Shown here one piece after another: positions 57,794 to 64,000 of a DNA stretch of 64,000 nt (position 1 is its first letter; every line of letters starts with the position of its first letter). The stretch spans positions 30,280 to 94,279 of the forward strand of contig JAYTSD010000044.1 of NCBI GenBank assembly GCA_043745805.1, given 5' to 3'. A program made the translations under genes and the position numbers. A model generated the notes under the pieces. It made no database searches. It was not told the origin of the DNA and was given only the letters and a program-made list of their open reading frames with translations. Origin of the DNA: Fibrobacteria bacterium (GTDB taxonomy: Bacteria > Fibrobacterota > Fibrobacteria > UBA11236).

Positions 57794-58193
57794 TGGGCAA
57801 AGTCAACCTGGCATAGGTCCATTAATAAGTATTGGGGTTTCTGGTCCAGGAAAAATTATTCCATCGACGAATCTTTCCGCAACGTTTTTTAATGCATTAG
57901 TAGATACCGGCGCTTCGGTAACTTGTATATGTCCTGCAATTGCAAAGTCGCTTAATTTGCATCCTATTGGTAAAAGACCGATGGTTTCTGCATTAACCGC
58001 AGCACCTTCAAATGTTTATTTAGTAGACTTGCTATTAAATTTTGGGAATTCGGCATTTATTATTTCGACCATACAAGTAATGGAATTCAATGTTCAACAA
58101 GGAGCACCTTTTCAAATGCTTATGGGTAGAGATATTATCGGGCGAGGAATTTTAACTTTGAGCTCCGATAATCATTTTTCATTTTGTATTTAG
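57780..58193 (+). CDS. Retropepsin-like (clan AA) aspartic protease
   Basis: ALVDTGASVTCI and LMGRDII; start MPCLNG overlaps the upstream gene. Confidence 0.85.
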   Translation: MPCLNGQSQPGIGPLISIGVSGPGKIIPSTNLSATFFNALVDTGASVTCICPAIAKSLNLHPIGKRPMVSALTAAPSNVYLVDLLLNFGNSAFIISTIQVMEFNVQQGAPFQMLMGRDIIGRGILTLSSDNHFSFCI

Positions 58194-58214
58194 GCCGTGC
58201 TTCAAAAACTTCAT

Positions 58215-59657
58215 TTATTGCGCCCCATGACCAGTAATGACCACCCAAACCGTGCGGAATAAAATCAGCATGTCGAGCGATAGCGACATATTTTCAAAAT
58301 ACCATAAATCGAACATGATTTTGTTTTTCACATCTTCAATATTGGTGTCATATTTATGTTTCACTTGCGCCCAGCCGGTTAAGCCAGGTTTCATTTTAAG
58401 TCTTTGCAAATAAAGCGGCACTTCATGGCGTAATTGCTCTATAAAATGTTCGCGTTCGGGTCTCGGACCAACCAAGCTCATATCGCCTTTGAGCACACAC
58501 CAGAGTTGAGGAATTTCGTCGATGCGCGCGCGACGCATGATACGTCCTATGGAGGTTGCCCTTGGATCCTTTTGGCTGGCCCATTGTGGGCCAAGTTTTT
58601 CGGCGTCGGTGCGCATGGTGCGAAATTTATGTACCCAAATACGTTTTCCATATTGTCCAATACGTTCTTGACTATAAAATATAGGGCCTGGAGCCGTAAG
58701 CTTTATCCCTAAGGCTGCGAGGATCATTAAGGGTGCAGACATTGTCAATAATAAGGCCGACAAGCTAATGTCCATAAGTCTTTTAATATTGGCTTGCCAT
58801 TCGGGCATATGTTCGGGGAATAATATTTTCAAAGTCATGCCGTGCACGGCGCTGGTTTTAAAGTGTCCGCTTGCGGCATCATATAAATCTGGAACAATAA
58901 AAATGACAATTGGGAATTCTACCACATGAGAGAGTATGCGTAAAATTTCATTATGCGAAGTAGAATCATGACTAATAATAATACTAGCGATGCGATAGTG
59001 TTTGATTAATGCAGGTAAATCAGAATATTTTCCAAGTATGGGCAAGCCATTTTGCTCCTTGCCTTTGAGATTTACATTTTCATCGACATAGCCAAAAACT
59101 TTCCAGCCTAATTCCGGTGCCGAGGAAATTTGTTTTTGAATAGTCGCACCACTTTCATTGGCCCCGAGAATAAGCATGCGCTCTAAACCTTTACCCTGGC
59201 GTAGTAAATAGCGTATAAATGCTTGCGCGCTTAAGCGAAAGCCATTAATTAGTCCTAAAAAAACCAGCCAATAAGCGGTTATGGATAATATGCGAGAGGG
59301 TGTAAAAATATGCAATGGTATGCCATCATGCCAGGCTTCGACTACATCTGATCCGATAGTAATAGCAATGATAAAGAAAAAGCCAACCGAGATTTTTTTG
59401 CTCACAATAATGAGTTGCACCGCGCGGCTTTGCAAATACCAATCGCGATATAAACCGGTTAAAAAGAAATACAATATCCATAGCAAACTAAACACGAATA
59501 CGATTTGCGAATAATGTTCAAATTCTTTTTCGGGATCTAAGGAGTAAAGAAAAAACCCGCTTTTAAAGCGCAACCAAAAAATAAAAGCAAAAGAAAAATT
59601 AATGGAAACAATGTCGCAAACAAAAAGCAAATATTTTTCGAATTTACGAACTAACAT
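58215..59657 (-). CDS. Polyprenyl-phosphate glycosylphosphotransferase (WcaJ/WbaP-like sugar transferase)
   Basis: KRLMDI, GPIFYSQERIG, KFRTM, DEIPQL..VLKGDMSLVGPRPE, KPGLTGWAQV. Confidence 0.93.
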   Translation of the reverse strand: MLVRKFEKYLLFVCDIVSINFSFAFIFWLRFKSGFFLYSLDPEKEFEHYSQIVFVFSLLWILYFFLTGLYRDWYLQSRAVQLIIVSKKISVGFFFIIAITIGSDVVEAWHDGIPLHIFTPSRILSITAYWLVFLGLINGFRLSAQAFIRYLLRQGKGLERMLILGANESGATIQKQISSAPELGWKVFGYVDENVNLKGKEQNGLPILGKYSDLPALIKHYRIASIIISHDSTSHNEILRILSHVVEFPIVIFIVPDLYDAASGHFKTSAVHGMTLKILFPEHMPEWQANIKRLMDISLSALLLTMSAPLMILAALGIKLTAPGPIFYSQERIGQYGKRIWVHKFRTMRTDAEKLGPQWASQKDPRATSIGRIMRRARIDEIPQLWCVLKGDMSLVGPRPEREHFIEQLRHEVPLYLQRLKMKPGLTGWAQVKHKYDTNIEDVKNKIMFDLWYFENMSLSLDMLILFRTVWVVITGHGAQ

Positions 59658-59739
59658 TCGGAAAACTAAACTACCAAGTTTTTTTAGAGCGAACGGATTT
59701 AACCGTTCTTCTTTTGAAATAGATAGTCAACAAATTAAG

Positions 59740-61035
59740 CTATTTATAAAATCGCAAAACTTGCGCTGGCGCTTTGACAATGTCCAAAACATTGATTTGC
59801 GCTAAAGCGGCTGCAATTTGGGAGTTTTTTGCCGTATGCGTGAGAAAAATCACGGGTACATTTTCCGGATCATGCTCGGGTTTTTGCATAATGGCCCGAA
59901 TGGAAATCCCTGCTTCACCAAGTATGGAGGTTACCTTGGCAAGTACGCCAGGTTTATCAATGGTGGTTAAGCGTATATAAAATTCAGTTTCCAATTCATT
60001 GATAGAGGCTAAGCTCGCTGGATTTTTACTGTTGAAATAACTCATAGGTAAAGGTTTTGGTTTTCCCGTTGCCAATTGACGCGCGATAGTGATGATGTCG
60101 CTTACTACCGCACTTCCCGTAGCTAATTTCCCGGCTCCTGCTCCGGTTAATAGCAAAGGCCCCACTGCCGAGGTTTTTAGGTAAATCGCATTTAATACGC
60201 CGCTCACCGTGGCGAGCTGATGATTTTTTTCCAACAAGGATGGATAAACCGAAGCTTGTATGCGCCCATCGGCATTTTGGGAAATAATGCCGAGAAGTTT
60301 AATGACAAAGCCCATTTCCTGTGCCATTTGCATATCCATGGCGGAAATATTCCGAATCCCTTCCACCCACATTTGCTTATAGTCCACGGCTTTGCCATAA
60401 CATAGCGAAGCAAGTAAGGCCACCTTGTGCGCAGAGTCGATGCCATCGATGTCGAATGAAGGATCGGCTTCAGCATAGCCTAATTTTTGCGCATGCTGTA
60501 AAACCGTATCAAAGGAGATTTTTTGCTGCGACATTTCGGTAAGTATATAATTGCAAGTGCCATTGATAATGCAAGCAAGACCTTGAATATCATTCGCCAA
60601 AAGACTTTCTTGCAAGGACTTAATAATGGGAATGCCGCCGCCTACCGCGGCTTCGAATAAAAGAAAACAATTTTTTGCGGCCGCCAAAGGAAATAGCTCG
60701 GTGCCATGATTAGCGAGTAAGGCCTTATTGGCTGTCACGATATGTTTACCACTTTGCAAAGCCGCAATATGCCATTCGCGTGGTTTTTCGGTACCGCCTG
60801 CAACTTCCACTAAGATGTCGATGTCGGTATGTTGCGCTAGCGCCATTGGATCGGTGGTTTTAAAAGCATTGGGCAGGTTAAAGTTGGAAAATTCATTTTC
60901 GGTTCGCGAGCAAGCTCCAGCAATTTCAAGTTCAAAGCCAAGTTCTTGGGAAAAGAAGGCTGCATTTTTTTGTAAGAGTTCTATAACGCCTGAACCAACG
61001 GTGCCAAGGCCAATAATACCGATTTTGATTTTCAT
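59740..61035 (-). CDS. hom: Homoserine dehydrogenase with C-terminal ACT domain
   Basis: GLGTVGSG, VTANKA, FEAAVGGGIP, NGTCNYIL, GYAEADP..DIDG.D, DKPGVLA. Confidence 0.96.
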   Translation of the reverse strand: MKIKIGIIGLGTVGSGVIELLQKNAAFFSQELGFELEIAGACSRTENEFSNFNLPNAFKTTDPMALAQHTDIDILVEVAGGTEKPREWHIAALQSGKHIVTANKALLANHGTELFPLAAAKNCFLLFEAAVGGGIPIIKSLQESLLANDIQGLACIINGTCNYILTEMSQQKISFDTVLQHAQKLGYAEADPSFDIDGIDSAHKVALLASLCYGKAVDYKQMWVEGIRNISAMDMQMAQEMGFVIKLLGIISQNADGRIQASVYPSLLEKNHQLATVSGVLNAIYLKTSAVGPLLLTGAGAGKLATGSAVVSDIITIARQLATGKPKPLPMSYFNSKNPASLASINELETEFYIRLTTIDKPGVLAKVTSILGEAGISIRAIMQKPEHDPENVPVIFLTHTAKNSQIAAALAQINVLDIVKAPAQVLRFYK

Positions 61036-61189
61036 AATGAGGGAAAGTTAGCAAAAATGAAGGTAGGAATGCCTACTGATGAATATTATAAGGCTTGATT
61101 TGCGCAAAAATTTTGTTTGATAATCAAATCTGATGTGAATTCCTAAAAGGACGATGTTTAACCTTTTGGGAAAGTGTTGGGAAAGAAAA

Positions 61190-62182
61190 ATGGAAAAGTT
61201 TAAGACATTTTCTGGAAAAAATATTTTAATAACCGGAGGGCTGGGTTTTATTGGTTCCTCTTTAGCAAGAGAATTATTAAAGTATGCAGCCAACATAACT
61301 CTGGTAGATAGTTTAATTCCTCAATATGGGGGAAACCTATATAATATCGACGATATTAAGGCAAATGTTACGGTAAATATTACTGATGTACGTGATCCCC
61401 ACGCTATGTCTTTTCTAATACAGGGCAAGGACTACTTATTTAATTTGGCTGGGCAAACCAGTCATTTGGATTCCATGACGGATCCACAAACCGATCTGGA
61501 CATTAATGCCGCATCGCAACTTTCAATTCTTGAGGCTTGTCGGAAACATAATACTGAACTTAAAATCATTTTTGCAAGTACCCGGCAATTGTATGGTAAA
61601 CCCGAATATTTACCTGTGGATGAAAAGCATTCTATTCGTCCAGTCGATGTAAATGGGATCAATAAATTGGCGGGAGAATGGTATCATTTACTTTATAATA
61701 ATATTTACGGAATTAGAGCTTGCGCTTTAAGATTAACCAATACCTATGGCCCTGGAATGCGTGTCAAAGATGCGAGGCAAACTTTTTTGGGAGTTTGGAT
61801 ACGCAACTTATTAGATAATAAACCTATTCAAGTATTTGGTGACGGATTGCAGCTTCGTGATTTTAATTATGTCGAGGATGTGGTAACGGCTATGTTACTG
61901 TGTGCCGTTGATCCCAAAGCGGACGGTGAAGTTTTCAATTTGGGTTCAAAAGAGTATATCAACCTCAAAGACTTGGCCTCCATGATGGTTGAGCTTTATA
62001 AATCAGGAAATTATGAGGTGGTACCCTTTCCTCCCGAGCGCAAGTCTATTGATATTGGTGATTATTATAGTGATTATGCGAAGATAAAGAATGCTTTGGG
62101 TTGGGAGCCGAAAATATCTCTACGTAATGGCATAGTCTCCAGTTTGGAATATTATGGCCGAAACTTGGCCAATTATCTGTAA
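61190..62182 (+). CDS. NAD-dependent epimerase/dehydratase
   Basis: ITGGLGFIGS, NLAGQTSH, ASTRQLYG, NGINK, RLTNTYGP, RDFNYVED; start MEKFK chosen. Confidence 0.9.
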   Translation: MEKFKTFSGKNILITGGLGFIGSSLARELLKYAANITLVDSLIPQYGGNLYNIDDIKANVTVNITDVRDPHAMSFLIQGKDYLFNLAGQTSHLDSMTDPQTDLDINAASQLSILEACRKHNTELKIIFASTRQLYGKPEYLPVDEKHSIRPVDVNGINKLAGEWYHLLYNNIYGIRACALRLTNTYGPGMRVKDARQTFLGVWIRNLLDNKPIQVFGDGLQLRDFNYVEDVVTAMLLCAVDPKADGEVFNLGSKEYINLKDLASMMVELYKSGNYEVVPFPPERKSIDIGDYYSDYAKIKNALGWEPKISLRNGIVSSLEYYGRNLANYL

Positions 62183-62217
62183 TACAAATAGGGGCAAATG
62201 AGACAAGCAAAGCAAAT

Positions 62218-63312
62218 ATGATTTTATTAAATGATTTTAAAGCGGAACCAGAGGAATTAATTCAATCAGAGTTAATCGCGGCCGAGCGCGTGTTCCGTTC
62301 AGGTTGGTATATACTGGGTAATGAATTAAAGACTTTTGAAAGTAAATGGGCTAAATATTGTGGCACAGCTTATTCGGTGGGAGTCGGCAATGGAATGGAC
62401 GCTATTGAATTAGGATTAAGAGCTTTAGGCATCGGTCTAGGTGATGAAGTTATAACCACTTCCATGACAGCATTTGCTACGGTGCTTGCCATATTGCGAG
62501 CCGGAGCTATTCCAGTACTTGCAGATATTGATTTAGATACAGCATTATTATCACCCGACAGTGTTTCGCGTTGTATCAACAAACGCACTAAAGCCATATT
62601 GCTAGTTCATCTTTACGGACAAATTCGTTCCATGGAAACTTGGATATCCCTTTGCCAAAGCCATAATATTCATTTGTTGGAAGATTGCGCCCAATCGCAT
62701 TTAGCAACTTGGCAAGGTAAGATGGCTGGTAATTTTGGAGCATGGGGAGCTTATAGTTTTTACCCTACCAAAAATTTGGGGGCAAAAGGAGATGGTGGAG
62801 CTCTCAATACCAATGATGCTGGCCTTGCAGAAAAAATTAGAGTCTTGCGTAATTATGGTCAAAGCAAACGTTATTATCATCCAGAAATCGGTATGAATAG
62901 CCGTTTAGATGAACTCCAAGCCGCTATTCTCTCTTGTCGCTTGGAATGGTTGAATCGTTTTACCGATTCTCGTCGCAAAGTCGCAGAAGCCTATTTTAGT
63001 GGTATCAGTAACCCTAAGGTTAACCTATTATCTGCCCCCATTGAAAAGTCAAACCATGTTTATCACCTTTTTGTGGTGAGTTCTTCTTATCGCGATGGTT
63101 TAGCTGAACATTTGAAAGTTCAAGGAGTGGATAGCCTTATTCATTATCCGGTGCCTATTCATCATCAAGAATCTTGTCCAAATATATTGCGCGATCCGCT
63201 CGGTCTCCCTAATGCTGAAATCCATGCGGCTACCTGTCTTTCTATTCCTTGCTATCCTCAAATGAGTGATATGCAAATGGATAAAGTCATCGCCGCAATT
63301 AATTCTTTTTAA
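62218..63312 (+). CDS. DegT/DnrJ/EryC1/StrS sugar aminotransferase
   Basis: SGWYILG, VHLYGQ, EDCAQSH, SFYPTKNLGA.GDGG, NSRLDELQAA. Confidence 0.95.
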   Translation: MILLNDFKAEPEELIQSELIAAERVFRSGWYILGNELKTFESKWAKYCGTAYSVGVGNGMDAIELGLRALGIGLGDEVITTSMTAFATVLAILRAGAIPVLADIDLDTALLSPDSVSRCINKRTKAILLVHLYGQIRSMETWISLCQSHNIHLLEDCAQSHLATWQGKMAGNFGAWGAYSFYPTKNLGAKGDGGALNTNDAGLAEKIRVLRNYGQSKRYYHPEIGMNSRLDELQAAILSCRLEWLNRFTDSRRKVAEAYFSGISNPKVNLLSAPIEKSNHVYHLFVVSSSYRDGLAEHLKVQGVDSLIHYPVPIHHQESCPNILRDPLGLPNAEIHAATCLSIPCYPQMSDMQMDKVIAAINSF

Positions 63313-63505
63313 GCCAAGAGTGGGTTTATGGCGATGTACTTTTTTTGGGGTTCTAATTATTTTCTTCGAAGTTTTGCCTATTAAATCTCAGCATTGTGGG
63401 TTGGGGCTGAAATCTATTGGATAAATGGATTAAAATGATAAACAAATATGGGTTTTTACCATGTTTAACTAGTTTTGTATCCATTGGCAAAAAACAGGAT
63501 TCATA

Positions 63506-64000
63506 ATGGAAAAATCGGCGAAAATTTATGTGGCGGGTATGTACGGTATGGTTGGAGCAGCCATCGCCCGAGCTTTGGATGTACAAGGTTTTAAAAATGT
63601 GATAGGCCATTCCTCCCAAGAATTGGATTTGACCAATCAAAAAGCGGTTTTTGATTTTTTTAAAACCGAAAAACCCGATTATGTTTTTTTAGCAGCTGCC
63701 AAAGTAGGGGGTATTTATGCGAATAATACCTATCCTGCTGATTTTATTTACAGCAATATTTGCATTCAAACCAATATCATTAACTCCGCTCACATTTTTC
63801 GTGCCAAAAAATTGTTGTTCTTAGGCAGCTCTTGTATTTACCCAAAATTCGCTGAACAACCGATGAAAGAAAGTTGTTTATTAACGGGTGAATTGGAGCC
63901 TACAAATGAGCCTTATGCCTTGGCCAAAATTGCTGGGATCAAAATGTGCGAAGCTTATAATAAGCAATACCACACTTCTTTTATTTCTTGCATGCCCACA
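63506..64000 (+). CDS. fcl: GDP-L-fucose synthase; runs off the right edge
   Basis: Manual translation [20 protein letters not shown]...ELDLTNQ...[12 protein letters not shown]...[10 protein letters not shown]...[22 protein letters not shown]...MPT. Confidence 0.95.
   Translation, partial: MEKSAKIYVAGMYGMVGAAIARALDVQGFKNVIGHSSQELDLTNQKAVFDFFKTEKPDYVFLAAAKVGGIYANNTYPADFIYSNICIQTNIINSAHIFRAKKLLFLGSSCIYPKFAEQPMKESCLLTGELEPTNEPYALAKIAGIKMCEAYNKQYHTSFISCMPT

Noticed and set aside
63353-63640. 95-aa minus-strand ORF
   Set aside because: Overlaps the fcl start on the opposite strand and has no recognisable motifs

Overview
Bacterial chromosomal window, AT-rich and mostly minus-strand genes. The protein styles (LAKxAA motif, C-terminal sorting-like tails, AtpB with an N-terminal extension, sigma70 proteins lacking region 1.1) suggest the FCB group, probably Fibrobacterota; this is inference. 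Positions 1-26 kb are accessory: a YetA/PcRGLX-like secreted protein, a translationally coupled ECF sigma / anti-sigma / secreted caspase-like protease / twin-lipoprotein operon, two paralogous di-heme (DHOR) proteins flanking a GH-like gene, PmoA/DUF6807-like and PhoX-like proteins, a deleted rhuM pseudogene, IS3 scars, a membrane patatin, a sigma factor and MoxR. Positions 26-51 kb are origin-type core genes: the full atp operon, bactofilin, M23 peptidase, parB-parA-rsmG with two perfect parS sites, rpmH-rnpA-yidD-yidC-mnmE, hldE, sigma70, tex, tRNA-Met, fabV and dnaN; dnaA is absent. Positions 51-64 kb hold an unusual coupled operon of terpene-cyclase-like membrane proteins with a histidine kinase, then suhB, a DUF5678-like/retropepsin pair, a sugar transferase, hom and the start of a nucleotide-sugar cluster. 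Top leads: (1) the cyclase-kinase operon, (2) the ECF-caspase operon, (3) a Janus/Ocnus (PHPT1)-like gene directly behind hldE. All family calls rest on motifs recognised by eye; no database searches were run.
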